Source of the DNA: Candidatus Altiarchaeota archaeon
GTDB taxonomy: Archaea > Altiarchaeota > Altiarchaeia > IMC4 > SCGC-AAA252-I15
Assembly: GCA_043800255.1 (NCBI GenBank)
Contig: JAZDNF010000001.1
Coordinates: 160,001-224,000, forward strand
Reading direction: 5' to 3'
Length of the DNA stretch: 64,000 bases
Position 1 is the first letter of the stretch; the number at the start of each line of letters is the position of its first letter. Below are positions 1-10,485 of this stretch, piece after piece. The position numbers were made by a program, and so were the translations under genes. Under the pieces are notes generated by a model, which worked only from the letters and a program-made list of their open reading frames with translations, searched no databases and had not been told where the DNA came from.

Positions 1-1
1 G

Positions 2-3000
2 ACTTTCATAACCTGGAGCGAATGGTGGTGCAACTCATGCGGCAAGAACATGCAGGGGGGCAACGATGGCCCGTGGGGGCTGATACAGGGCGAGGGTGCG
101 ACATGCATGGGACTGGACAATGATACGACAATACCCTGCTCGTTATACGACTGTAAGGTGCCTTGGAATTGCTCTGACCCCCAACCAGTCGGCAATAATT
201 GGAATTACCCCAGCAGGGGGGCTGGCGTCGGCTACATATACTATATTGCTCAAGGCAGCAGAGACTATGGTGATTATCTTACCGATGTCGATCCGACAAA
301 CTGTTCGGACTATGTTACAGACAGCGACCCCCCATACTTTCTGAACGACAGATATTCTAAATGCTACAACGACGGAAGCACCTGGAAGTGCAACTGCACC
401 CGCCCTGAGCACGTCCCGAAACAGCACACTCCCTGCGAATGTCCATCCGGCAGTTATGACTGCTGCATAGAGTACGTCGACTACGATGATGCGCAAACCT
501 TCCTAATAAACGAGGAAAAAGCGGTGCCATCACCGTGTGCTCCAAGCCCTCAGGGCTTGCACTGTTATTTCTACGGTGAAGAGGAGGCAGGCGCCTCAGA
601 GTGCACATGTGAAATGTCATTGGGAACATGCGACCCGCCTGACGGCTACTGTTCAAAAAACGCGGGAGAAACGCCTGTGACCTGCTCTGCGGACTGCAAC
701 AGCTGCGATCCAAAACCGTGCAATGATAATGCAGTGTGCGAGCCTAACGAGCACTACTCCTGGTGTGATGACTGCCTCTGCGAGGACTCAAGCGATGGTT
801 GCGATTTCGGTTCGGACGATGAGAATCCACTTTTCTGCATAGCAGACGTCTACATCCCCCAGTATACCGGAGCGGCACCGCCCGTGAATCCGAGCACAGG
901 AAAAGCTGTCAACAAATTCAACAGGTGCCCATGCGGAGACAATAGGTGTTCTCCGATATTCAACGAGAACAACGAGACATGCCCAAACGATTGCGGATAC
1001 CCCCCAAGCGTTGTAGGCGACGGCGTCTGCTGGAATAGAGATGGGGCGACCGAGAGCTGGATGAATCAGGGGCCCACCTGCTATGCTTTCATAGGGAACT
1101 GGGCTGACGGTTGCGCGACCGTGGACTGCCCCCTCCCGCCGGGGGAGAACGGTGATGGGGTCTGCCAGTTCTGGAATGGAGAATGGCAGGGCGGCGAAAG
1201 CGAGGACATGGAAGTAATCGACAGCTCCGCCGACTGCAGTGGGAGCTACGATTGCTGTGTGCCGGCTGACGTATATTGTGACGATGACGGAGTCTGCAGG
1301 ACCGACAGACGAGAGGGAGAATACAGCGCGTCATATCCTACTCCCCAGACCTGTGCTGACTGCCAGGGCTGTGACACAACATGCAACGACGACGGCCATT
1401 ACGAGTACACGTGTTGTGAATACTACTGCTGGGACGGCATCGGAAACTGTAATGTTCCATGCTCCGCTGGAGACCCTGACGTCTGTTCCTATCAGAATCC
1501 AGTGTCATGTGGCGCAAGCGACCCAGACCAGTGCCCGACTTCGCCTCAGTGGGTCGGTTGCGACCCAGGCGAGACCAGTACGAACTGTCCCAATGACTGC
1601 AAGGATAGTTCAGTATGCGATGGGGACGGAGACTGCGAGCCATGCTACGGTGAGAATACCGCAAATTGTGGTTCAGACTGCAAGCCAAGCGGGGCGTGCA
1701 TTGTGAACGGCATCTGTGAGCCAGTGTTCGGCGAGAATCTGCAAACATGCCCGCAGGACTGCCCGGTAACGGTCAACAATCCAGGAGACTGCGGTGACGA
1801 AGTATGTTGGTGGGATGTTTTCGGGTCACCCGGAAGTTCGCCGCCAGCCTGGGAGACTCATGAGAACTGTTGGGACGAGGACACCAAAACAGGCGACTGC
1901 CCCCACCCGCCGGGATGGTGCGGGGACTTTGTATGCTGGCCGTATCCTCCATTTATTGATACATCAAGTACATGTCATACTGACTTGGATGGCCCAGGAT
2001 ACGAGACTGACTACTGCTGCCCGCAGGACTGCGACCCGCAACCTTATGATGGTAATCACGTCTGCGAGCCTACTGAGAACTGCCAGGATAACGAGAATGA
2101 CTGCCCCTTCCCGCCAGCCAAGGACGTTAACAATGCCCCAAGAGATGATGATATCTGCCAGTGGTGGGCTGGGGAGACCCCGGCGGATGATGATGCATGC
2201 GACCCTCCGACGGTGGGCGAGTTGCAGTACGTCTGCAAGGGCACCCCGCCACGATGCTGCGCTTGCCCGGACGTTTACACGTCATCAGCATTCGACCCTT
2301 CATACTATAGGATGTTCACGAGGGATAGCATCTGGACGAAGACGTTCAAGATGACGCCTGAGGTGTCTAATTCAACCCTAAGGGATTGTACAACAGAGCT
2401 CTCGTGCCTCGAGGCGAAGAATCTTTACGGCCCAGCTGGCAGTCCAGGCGCATCATGCTGGGAGAATGCATCCAACCTGGTTTGTGACGGATGCTACGGC
2501 GGTGGGACAAACTGCAAGAACTGCAACGGCAATGACACCTACAAACAGCCGGTAACACAGTGCGGCGACTACACGATAAGCGCAGACGAGTGCATGGCAG
2601 ACCCGTGCGGGGCGGCGACCGTTGCCTCAGGCATAAAATACGGTGGCTGCTTCAATCCAGGAGGAGGATGCACGGACTGCTATACCATATGGGGTCGGGG
2701 CTGCTCCGCGTATGCTGCAGACCAGTGGAACTGCGAGCACGATCCTTGTGACATCGAAAACTGCGCCTGGAACAAGGCAGCTGGCCAGTGCCAGGATGTC
2801 GGGGCTTCACAGTTGTATTGTGCTGACGTGTGCCCGCCGGGTACGTGCTTTGAAGACGAATGCATAAAGTCGTCGAAACTGACATTGGACGGGTGCATGT
2901 TCACCTCTACTGGCCTGGGGTGTGTAAGCTGCGATGATGTCAGGTCGTGCTCTGATGTTGCAAAAGCCTCTTGTAAGGCTAACACATGCCGTGATCTCAA

Positions 3001-6000
3001 ATGCTTTTGGGACAGCACAGACAATCGCTGCAAGGACTGTAGAGGCGTCATTCACACGGAAGGATGCGCAGGATACGCGAACATCACAGACTGCATCGAC
3101 AACCCCTGTGGTGTGGTATCAGGCTGCGCCTGGGGCGAGGAGGACAAGTGCATTGACTGCTCCCTTATCAACTCATGTCAAGATTACCTTAAACCTTGCG
3201 GTCCTTTTACCGGAATCGGATGCAGGTGGGCACCTGACGAAAGTTGTACGGACTGCTATCCTGACGATCCATTGGGCCTGAAGGCATACGGAGCAGCATG
3301 TCATACTGACCCCTGCAACGTCGGACCCTGCGGGATGGTTGACACAAACCCTGGTTTTGGCGAGACATGGACCTGTATGCCGCGAGGAGAATATAAACTT
3401 GGGTGCTATGAGGCCGTCTACAGTGCCGCTGTTGAGGATGAGAAGATGCTGTGCAGCCTGAATGCGATGAATCTCACACCCGGAGGGTGCTACTGGGATC
3501 TGGAGGATGAACGATGCTACAGCTGCTACGGTCACGATGCATTAGATTCTGATGCGTCAGACAACGACAACTATCCTGTACCTGCGTGCGAGAACTATGA
3601 CCGGGGAAGAGAAGGGGACAACGTAACCTGCCTTGATGACTGGTGTGATATTGGACCATGCTACTGGAACAACACTAGGCTGAGCGGAGACCGCTGCAAA
3701 AAGGCGTTCTCGATAAAGCCTGCGGCAGACCAGACCGGCTGGATAAGAAGCGGAGGCAAGTCAGGCGAGCTTAGCCCGAATGAAATAGACGCCAACGCCG
3801 GCGGAGGCCCATTCTGGGTCCATGCTGGCGGCGGGGCTGACATACCAAATCTAAGCGAGGCATGGGGTAATACTCCCCCTTACCCGCCTAATCAGGCATT
3901 CTGTGCAGACTACCGGGAAGGCTCAATATGGTCTGAGCTGAAATCGTACTATACTGTGAGGAGGAACTATTGTTACAGCGTTCAGGATCCTGTCTTGAAC
4001 GCCTGCGATCCAACTACTACAACCTGCGCTCTAGGCGGTGTCGGAGGTGCAGGATGGTATGGGGAAGCAGGAGTTCAAGCGGAGAACCTCAATAGCAGAC
4101 GGCCCAGAAAGCCTGTGGGGGCTCATGGTGGCGATGGCGTTGATGACCCGCCATACGTTTGCGGCACGATGTGCGGCAAGTATGTAACGCCCTACAGCGA
4201 CCCCTACTCTCCGCCAATATTGTCGACCACACGGTGGCCTCACCCAGACGATTACTTCAACCCTTACATGTGGGCTTGGTTTAACCTGACGGTGAACGAG
4301 ACCGATCTCAGCGGCGTCAATGAGATGACAATCACCGACGTTTATGTCCGCAGCACATCCCTGAGGGCAGACAGCCGCGGGATAGAGACGAGAGGCGGGC
4401 ACTATGGGCCCAACCTGCAGGGGAACATACTCCCCCGGCCCAGCCAACCTTATACAATATTCAACTGGTTTAACATGCCTGAAACGACATCGGACGGTTA
4501 TACCCTAGAGGATGATACTGCTAACATCTCAGTCAGAGGGAATTACACGGCGAATATGACCCTCTTCAGGGAGGATAAGGCGCTGCAGTGCGCATGGGAC
4601 AGCTGCCTACCGCGGTCAGGGGTAGAACGAGACAGAGTATACCAGGATTCTTGCTCACATACTTCGCCATGCAGCGGCTGCTGTACCAGTTGGAGCGGCC
4701 CAGGTTATTGTGGGATACCTGGATGCAGTCCAACCTACTCAGACCCATGCGGCCACTCAGGGCAGTATGCAAACAAGTGGGAGCACTGTGAACAGTGGCA
4801 GGCGCAGTTAGTGGACTCCAATGGCAATGGCGTCTGCGATGCGGGTGAGTATTACAATTGCCAGTGTTCGTCTGAAACGTACTATTACCGCTGCATTGCC
4901 TGCTGGCTGCATGAGGATTGCAGCTATCCAATTGGCCCGAACGATTTCACGAGCATAGCCAGCAGCCAGGAGAACGTTACTGACACATCATCGGTCCAGG
5001 CTGATCCCTACGGAGAGAACCTGACAATATCCCCCCCTCTGTCAGGCGATACTAGTGTCAAAATAACGGTTGGGGGATACGTTGACACCAAGCAGAAGGT
5101 CGGAGCGTCAGGCGTCATCCAGATATCAGGCGAGCCTGACATAATAAGTGGTTTCACGCTCCTCGTGCCTGATGTAATACGATTAGAGCATATCACAAAA
5201 CAATACCCTGCAGAGCATATGCTCACCAGGCTCGCAATTGCAAGCTCATGGGATGATTGCCCAACCGCTAGCTCAGACCTAACGTGCAAGGACGATTCCG
5301 GGACAGATCGTACCATAGCCTGCAACGACTATAAGCAGTACAATATTCTGGGCGCAGGTGAAAATGAAAACCAGGTTCTAACCTGCCTTGACACGGCATC
5401 GAAGAGGGAGATAAGCAGGTTCATACCCTTAAGAGATCCCCAGTGGGCTTACCTGTATCTCATCAACAACCCCCTTAACAAGTACTACTACTTTGTCGAC
5501 CGCTATGATGCAACAGACAAGAACTACACCTTCAGGGTCGATGTTGTAGGATTAAAACCCGGCTTAGTTGGCGGCGTAAGCATCGTGAAATGGGCCGATG
5601 CCGCGAAGAATGTCGGCACGTTCAGAAATTATCACGAGGACGAGAGGTTCTACTACGATCTGGCAGACCTCTACCGGCAGCCCCGCGATTACAATGTCGT
5701 GCGTCTGGAAGCACTGCCTGAATTGGCCGACTCGCCAGTCCAGAGAAAGACGAATGTTGATACCATATCCTTGGACTTCATGACGACTATGAACGGAGAG
5801 GTATTCTACAATCCATCAGACAAGTCATATACTCTGGAATTCTGGTCAGATAACATAAATGTCTCAGACTTCGGGTATGCCAAGCTCATAATCTTTACAA
5901 ACTACCGCAACATCGAGATTCCCCTCGTAAATGCGGTCACAGTAGGCGGAGTCACATCAGCGGTGATTCACAGGATTCCTGTTACCATAACCTGCAATCC

Positions 6001-6421
6001 GTGGAAGGCTGACGCCTTCACAACAGTGGACTTCTCATGCACTATTAACGCAGCAGTTCCGAATCCTGTCATGGAACTGCGCTTCGACGCCCCCTACTCC
6101 CAATACTCAGGAAGATACATGTCAGGTCAGGTGATACCCCTAAAGACGGACCGGTCAAGCATAACAGTCAAGGCGAAGTATGACGGTAACTACAATGGCG
6201 GCCCGAGCCAAGCATATTCCGGCGCGGAACTGATACACCGCACGAATGTGACCTCGAAGGGCGCGTTGCTTTTCCTGCTGAGGAACATACTGGTGCTGAT
6301 ACTCGCGTTCTTCGTGATTGTCGGCTACAGGTGGTTCATGAAGAACAGGCTTGACTTTGAGATGATGATAAAAGAGTCTGGAATATACGAGGCGCTGGAG
6401 GACTTTTTGGGTTTGAAGTAG
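2..6421 (+). CDS. Giant Cys-rich, C-terminally membrane-anchored surface protein (5'-truncated, >2139 aa)
   Basis: Frame is open from base 2, upstream of the ORF-track Met at 50. Many CGDGxC...GE....CPxDC-type repeats, then CxWx-type repeats, a Cys-poor beta-rich region and a hydrophobic C-terminal helix (LLFLLRNILVLILAFFVIVGY). Confidence 0.8.
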   Translation, partial: TFITWSEWWCNSCGKNMQGGNDGPWGLIQGEGATCMGLDNDTTIPCSLYDCKVPWNCSDPQPVGNNWNYPSRGAGVGYIYYIAQGSRDYGDYLTDVDPTNCSDYVTDSDPPYFLNDRYSKCYNDGSTWKCNCTRPEHVPKQHTPCECPSGSYDCCIEYVDYDDAQTFLINEEKAVPSPCAPSPQGLHCYFYGEEEAGASECTCEMSLGTCDPPDGYCSKNAGETPVTCSADCNSCDPKPCNDNAVCEPNEHYSWCDDCLCEDSSDGCDFGSDDENPLFCIADVYIPQYTGAAPPVNPSTGKAVNKFNRCPCGDNRCSPIFNENNETCPNDCGYPPSVVGDGVCWNRDGATESWMNQGPTCYAFIGNWADGCATVDCPLPPGENGDGVCQFWNGEWQGGESEDMEVIDSSADCSGSYDCCVPADVYCDDDGVCRTDRREGEYSASYPTPQTCADCQGCDTTCNDDGHYEYTCCEYYCWDGIGNCNVPCSAGDPDVCSYQNPVSCGASDPDQCPTSPQWVGCDPGETSTNCPNDCKDSSVCDGDGDCEPCYGENTANCGSDCKPSGACIVNGICEPVFGENLQTCPQDCPVTVNNPGDCGDEVCWWDVFGSPGSSPPAWETHENCWDEDTKTGDCPHPPGWCGDFVCWPYPPFIDTSSTCHTDLDGPGYETDYCCPQDCDPQPYDGNHVCEPTENCQDNENDCPFPPAKDVNNAPRDDDICQWWAGETPADDDACDPPTVGELQYVCKGTPPRCCACPDVYTSSAFDPSYYRMFTRDSIWTKTFKMTPEVSNSTLRDCTTELSCLEAKNLYGPAGSPGASCWENASNLVCDGCYGGGTNCKNCNGNDTYKQPVTQCGDYTISADECMADPCGAATVASGIKYGGCFNPGGGCTDCYTIWGRGCSAYAADQWNCEHDPCDIENCAWNKAAGQCQDVGASQLYCADVCPPGTCFEDECIKSSKLTLDGCMFTSTGLGCVSCDDVRSCSDVAKASCKANTCRDLKCFWDSTDNRCKDCRGVIHTEGCAGYANITDCIDNPCGVVSGCAWGEEDKCIDCSLINSCQDYLKPCGPFTGIGCRWAPDESCTDCYPDDPLGLKAYGAACHTDPCNVGPCGMVDTNPGFGETWTCMPRGEYKLGCYEAVYSAAVEDEKMLCSLNAMNLTPGGCYWDLEDERCYSCYGHDALDSDASDNDNYPVPACENYDRGREGDNVTCLDDWCDIGPCYWNNTRLSGDRCKKAFSIKPAADQTGWIRSGGKSGELSPNEIDANAGGGPFWVHAGGGADIPNLSEAWGNTPPYPPNQAFCADYREGSIWSELKSYYTVRRNYCYSVQDPVLNACDPTTTTCALGGVGGAGWYGEAGVQAENLNSRRPRKPVGAHGGDGVDDPPYVCGTMCGKYVTPYSDPYSPPILSTTRWPHPDDYFNPYMWAWFNLTVNETDLSGVNEMTITDVYVRSTSLRADSRGIETRGGHYGPNLQGNILPRPSQPYTIFNWFNMPETTSDGYTLEDDTANISVRGNYTANMTLFREDKALQCAWDSCLPRSGVERDRVYQDSCSHTSPCSGCCTSWSGPGYCGIPGCSPTYSDPCGHSGQYANKWEHCEQWQAQLVDSNGNGVCDAGEYYNCQCSSETYYYRCIACWLHEDCSYPIGPNDFTSIASSQENVTDTSSVQADPYGENLTISPPLSGDTSVKITVGGYVDTKQKVGASGVIQISGEPDIISGFTLLVPDVIRLEHITKQYPAEHMLTRLAIASSWDDCPTASSDLTCKDDSGTDRTIACNDYKQYNILGAGENENQVLTCLDTASKREISRFIPLRDPQWAYLYLINNPLNKYYYFVDRYDATDKNYTFRVDVVGLKPGLVGGVSIVKWADAAKNVGTFRNYHEDERFYYDLADLYRQPRDYNVVRLEALPELADSPVQRKTNVDTISLDFMTTMNGEVFYNPSDKSYTLEFWSDNINVSDFGYAKLIIFTNYRNIEIPLVNAVTVGGVTSAVIHRIPVTITCNPWKADAFTTVDFSCTINAAVPNPVMELRFDAPYSQYSGRYMSGQVIPLKTDRSSITVKAKYDGNYNGGPSQAYSGAELIHRTNVTSKGALLFLLRNILVLILAFFVIVGYRWFMKNRLDFEMMIKESGIYEALEDFLGLK

Positions 6422-6425
6422 GAGC

Positions 6426-8552
6426 ATGAAAAACCACAAATCATTAGGGTTGGCGGTTCTGGTTTTAGCGATAGTGCTGACTGCACAGCCTGTTGAAGCG
6501 GCTGTAAGCGACACGCTGTTCTATTTCCTGAACGAGATACTCAAGCTGGTAGCTCTCCTTTACAAGCATTTGATAGTGCTTGCCGGCCAGATTCTCAAAT
6601 TATACGTTGATGTCATAGAGCAAAGCCTGCTCGCAAACCCTCAGATATACCCTCTGAAGGACAGTGCAGGAAATCTTACGACAAACGGCGCGATAATAGC
6701 AGGCTTCCTGAAAATACTCGCTCCAGTTTATTTCATATCACTCCTCCTGACGGGCCTTTACATGATTTTCATGGCAGAGTCTCCTTCGGGGAGGGCGAGC
6801 GCCAAAAACAACCTTGACAAGCTTCTTGTCTCGATGATTCTGGTCGCTGTTTCGCCAGGCCTATACCAGATATTAGTGGACATATCTCAGGTTACAACTA
6901 ACGGCATCCTATCCGTTGTCAGGACAACGCTGGCGGAGGATGAGACAATGGCAGATGCCATATACTCCTCGTTGATGAGCGCACCACCCCAAACGCAACT
7001 GATGATGCTGCCGATATTCATGATCGTCCTGTGGATTCTCGCAATAGCGTTGTTTGTGATGTGGTTCAGATACCTTATCGTGCTCGTGTTCGGCCTGATC
7101 TTCCCGATAATAATATTCCTCTATCTGTTCGGGTTCACCAAGACATTCGGCGCGAAGATGATGAGGTTCGCTCTCGTCTGGATATTCACTCCAGCATTGA
7201 GTGCGCTGTGGCTTGCCATCTCCATATTCCTCCTCACAGCATCGGCGTCGGAGTCGTTTACAGGAGGCCTGGTCACGCCATTCCTCTTCGCGACGAGCAT
7301 GTTCCTGATATCAATAGCTCCCCTCGTGATGAGCGGCCTCATGGCGTGGCTCGGCGGCCTGATTGCGATGGCAGGGATGATGATACCCGGAGGGTGGGGG
7401 ATAGCATTGGCAGCCATAGGAGGCGTAATGCAGGGCAAGGATCTGGGATCGATAGCTGGTTCCACAATAGGATTAGAGCTCCAATTCCACAAGTTACTTG
7501 GGAAGGGCATGGCCGCGGCCGGCCAAAAAAGCAGGGGCGGCGCATTCGGAGCGTTGGGTATGGGAGGAAAGGGCGCGAGCGCGGCTGGTAGGGCTACCGA
7601 AGCCGGTGGCAAGGCAGTCAGTGCGGGTGGGAAGGCAGTTGGTGGCGCATTTCAGGCTGCAGGCGCAGCCGTTGGTGCAACTGGAGTCGGAGCTCCCATC
7701 GGGGCAGCATTGGCTGGAATCGGCAAAGGAATATCAGCAGGCTCGGAGGCAATCGGTAAGGGGATTGAATTTGCAGGCAAAGGTATGAAGGCTGGAGGCA
7801 GTGCAATGGAGTCTGCCCGCGGCAGGCACCTGAAGGCGGCAGGCAGGGGCAAAATAACAGAAGCCAAGGGCGCGAGAGACAGGGCGAAGTCCTTGCAGGC
7901 GAGGGGAGACAAGCTTAAGAGCGGCGGGTTTATGTCGCAGGTGAGGGCTAAGGCTGGCATGTATGACACTCGTGCTAAGTTAGCGGAGAGGAAAGCAGGC
8001 AAACTGAAAGATAAGGGAGTGAGCATGCGGAACAAGGGCAAGGGCATCATAGCGGAAAGCAAGAAAGGCGCTCCTGGCCTGAACTTTGGGGACACTAAGC
8101 TCGGCCAGAAGATGAAGAAAGTGGCTGATGTCGCGAAAACTGCAAGAGGGGCTGTCGCCAGCAAGAGCCTGAGGCTGACATCGTTGGCCGGCGTTGACAG
8201 GGACACTGCCAAGCTTCTGAGGACAGCTAACTATAAAACGAAGGGCGCGGTTGCGAAAGCCAGCGTAGGAGATCTGCAGAAGGCCGGCCTCAGTGCAAAA
8301 CAGGCGGAAGACGCTTCTAAGTCTGCGAGGAGCCATGTCGCTGGAGAGAGGCAAAAAGGCGCTGGCACGGACAGAGAGCCTTCAACCGAGGATCGTATTA
8401 GGAAGGGCATCAAAGATGACAAGAGTGACGATGCTGATAAGAGAAGGATGGACGAAGTCCAGCTTAAGAGCCAGCTCGCCAGCCCAGGCAGGAGATCTCG
8501 TGATAGGGGGCAGAGGACAGATGACATCATAGACGGCATGGACGCCGAATGA
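6426..8552 (+). CDS. TrbL/VirB6-like polytopic membrane protein with Gly/Ala-rich linker, basic tail and HhH module
   Basis: Signal peptide, about 7-8 hydrophobic segments with a VirB6-like RYLIVLVFGLIFPI core, long GA-rich stretch, then LTSLAGVDRDTAKLLRTANY..ASVGDLQKAGLS. Confidence 0.6.
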   Translation: MKNHKSLGLAVLVLAIVLTAQPVEAAVSDTLFYFLNEILKLVALLYKHLIVLAGQILKLYVDVIEQSLLANPQIYPLKDSAGNLTTNGAIIAGFLKILAPVYFISLLLTGLYMIFMAESPSGRASAKNNLDKLLVSMILVAVSPGLYQILVDISQVTTNGILSVVRTTLAEDETMADAIYSSLMSAPPQTQLMMLPIFMIVLWILAIALFVMWFRYLIVLVFGLIFPIIIFLYLFGFTKTFGAKMMRFALVWIFTPALSALWLAISIFLLTASASESFTGGLVTPFLFATSMFLISIAPLVMSGLMAWLGGLIAMAGMMIPGGWGIALAAIGGVMQGKDLGSIAGSTIGLELQFHKLLGKGMAAAGQKSRGGAFGALGMGGKGASAAGRATEAGGKAVSAGGKAVGGAFQAAGAAVGATGVGAPIGAALAGIGKGISAGSEAIGKGIEFAGKGMKAGGSAMESARGRHLKAAGRGKITEAKGARDRAKSLQARGDKLKSGGFMSQVRAKAGMYDTRAKLAERKAGKLKDKGVSMRNKGKGIIAESKKGAPGLNFGDTKLGQKMKKVADVAKTARGAVASKSLRLTSLAGVDRDTAKLLRTANYKTKGAVAKASVGDLQKAGLSAKQAEDASKSARSHVAGERQKGAGTDREPSTEDRIRKGIKDDKSDDADKRRMDEVQLKSQLASPGRRSRDRGQRTDDIIDGMDAE

Positions 8553-9137
8553 TTAATGCCGTTTGCAGACTTCCACGAAATTCTTCAGGATATCCGAGCC
8601 TGTTGGCGTGTGATGGACTTCAGGATGGAATTGGACGCCATATACTGCCCTCTTTTCGTGTTTCATAGCCTCTATCTCGCATATGCTTGAATTTGCGAGG
8701 CATATGAAGTCATCAGGCAGTTTCACCACCTCGTCCTTGTGCGACTCCCAGACTGTCAGTTTGTCGTCCAAACCCCTGAACAGGTCATCTTTCTCCAGTA
8801 CTCTGATCTCAACCTCAGCATACTCCGCCTTCGAGCCCACCTCAACATTGCCGCCGAAGTGTTCTGCGATAATCTGATGGCCCAGGCAGATGCCAAGCAC
8901 AGGGTATTCCTTCTCCAGAATCCGGTTGTTCAGGCTGAGAAGCTCCCTCTCGCTGTAGGCTGAATAGGGCCCGCCGCTGAGTATGAGACCCTCAGGGTTC
9001 TTCTCCTCAACCTCTGAAACAGGCGTTCTGACGTCAACTATCTCAGATTCGACGTTCAGGTACTTGAGGCTCCTCCATATCCTGTGAACGTATTGGCCGC
9101 CGTTGTTGATGATTACTATCATATTAGATAAACGCAC
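8553..9137 (-). CDS. guaAA: GMP synthase subunit A (glutamine amidotransferase)
   Basis: GGQYVHRI, LSGGP, GICLGHQ and QFHPEV motifs. Confidence 0.92.
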   Translation of the reverse strand: MRLSNMIVIINNGGQYVHRIWRSLKYLNVESEIVDVRTPVSEVEEKNPEGLILSGGPYSAYSERELLSLNNRILEKEYPVLGICLGHQIIAEHFGGNVEVGSKAEYAEVEIRVLEKDDLFRGLDDKLTVWESHKDEVVKLPDDFICLANSSICEIEAMKHEKRAVYGVQFHPEVHHTPTGSDILKNFVEVCKRH

Positions 9138-9142
9138 TTCTC

Positions 9143-9652
9143 CTAATTAACCATCCTCTTGCCCCTCTCTTGGGGTATGATCCTCTTGCTGCCGTTCATC
9201 TCCCTCTCAAGCTCCCGCCCCAAGAGGAGCCGGTCCAAGAAGACAGCCAAGGCAGCAACTTCAGAATGCGGCTGATGGCCGACTGCGACATTGTAGTCCG
9301 CCATCTCATACGCCTGAGGCGGCACCTTCTTGCCGCCCACCAGTATGAGTTTGTCCTTCTTCGACGACCTTACGCTCTCTATGACATCGTTCAGGTTCAG
9401 GCCGTACATGGTCAGGTGTACTATCTCCCCCCCAAACGAGCGGACATAGTCCTCCCAATCCTCTGTGAAAGCGACCTTGAAGTTGCCGCCCCACGACTTA
9501 ACAGCCCGCTCTATGCTCTCCACTATCCTGGAATCCTTTGAATCAAGTATGAGCTCCTCCGCGCCAAAGGCCCTCGCGGTGAGCGCGACATGGGTTGTCA
9601 TACGATGGTCTCTTGAGAACCTGTGCCCCAGCCTTAAAACCTTCACCTTCAT
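9143..9652 (-). CDS. trm56: tRNA (cytidine(56)-2'-O)-methyltransferase
   Basis: LRLGHR..RD.R.TTHVALTARAFGA, HLTMYG and QPHSEVAALA motifs. Confidence 0.93.
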   Translation of the reverse strand: MKVKVLRLGHRFSRDHRMTTHVALTARAFGAEELILDSKDSRIVESIERAVKSWGGNFKVAFTEDWEDYVRSFGGEIVHLTMYGLNLNDVIESVRSSKKDKLILVGGKKVPPQAYEMADYNVAVGHQPHSEVAALAVFLDRLLLGRELEREMNGSKRIIPQERGKRMVN

Positions 9653-9658
9653 CTTGCA

Positions 9659-10204
9659 TCAGACGTCCGGGATGACTACTGTCCCGGTCTCGTCTCCCAC
9701 ATTTTTGGTCTGCCCCACCAGATGGAGGAATCCCGTGAATGCTGCGAATATGCTGTCCAGTTCGTCGCGCGTCATAAGCCTCGTGTTCGTGTCGCCGTCC
9801 AAGTCCAGACTGTTCAGCATCTTCTGGGCTCTCATGTCGTTCTTATCGTAGATGCCGAGTATCCTAGCGGATGCTGTTGAAAAGACCTCTATAAGTTTGA
9901 ACTGCTTCCCAAGTTTGTCAGACAGTCTAGAACCTCTCCTGGCTAGGATTTCCATCCCCCTTAATGTGACCGGAAGCGCGCCGTACTGGCGCAGCATGTC
10001 GTCGCATTTCCTGTTCACTCCTGAATAGATCAGAGGCGCGTCTATCGCAACCAGGTCAGGATTCTCGGACTCTATGAGAGCGATTATCCTCTCATCCTCT
10101 TTGACTATGAGGGTGTGGACGCTTTTCTTGTCGCCCACGGTTAGAATGCAGATTCCGGTGTCGTTTTTCGGATTCCCTGCAAGGTCTACCCCCACAATTT
10201 TCAA
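9659..10204 (-). CDS. DUF429-family RNase H-fold protein
   Basis: [19 protein letters not shown] and DELD motifs. Confidence 0.75.
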   Translation of the reverse strand: MKIVGVDLAGNPKNDTGICILTVGDKKSVHTLIVKEDERIIALIESENPDLVAIDAPLIYSGVNRKCDDMLRQYGALPVTLRGMEILARRGSRLSDKLGKQFKLIEVFSTASARILGIYDKNDMRAQKMLNSLDLDGDTNTRLMTRDELDSIFAAFTGFLHLVGQTKNVGDETGTVVIPDV

Positions 10205-10485
10205 GTTCCTGATTTTTTCTTCTCAGCTTTGGCAGTGCCTTCCTGGCTTTTCATGAATTCAGAGTAACCGCATTTTCCGCACGAGAGCCTGTCCTTGTGT
10301 TTGGCCATGAAAACTCCGGGGCCGCATTTGGGGCAGCTTTTGTTCAGCCTTTCGAGCTTGTCCTTAACGTTGTATAGCTTCCACTTCTTGCTTATCCTGC
10401 TCTTCTTCCGCTCCCTCTTGGTGGAAGACTTCTCCTTTTTCTCCTCTTTCTTCTTCTCTTCCTTCTTCTTCTCTTCGGCCATCAC
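10201..10485 (-). CDS. rps27ae: 30S ribosomal protein S27ae
   Basis: [24 protein letters not shown] zinc finger; Lys/Glu-rich N-terminal extension. Confidence 0.93.
   Translation of the reverse strand: MMAEEKKKEEKKKEEKKEKSSTKRERKKSRISKKWKLYNVKDKLERLNKSCPKCGPGVFMAKHKDRLSCGKCGYSEFMKSQEGTAKAEKKKSGT

Noticed and set aside
2-6421. Multiheme cytochrome interpretation of the Cys-rich giant protein
   Set aside because: CxxCH motifs are essentially absent; the Cys spacing fits disulfide repeats.
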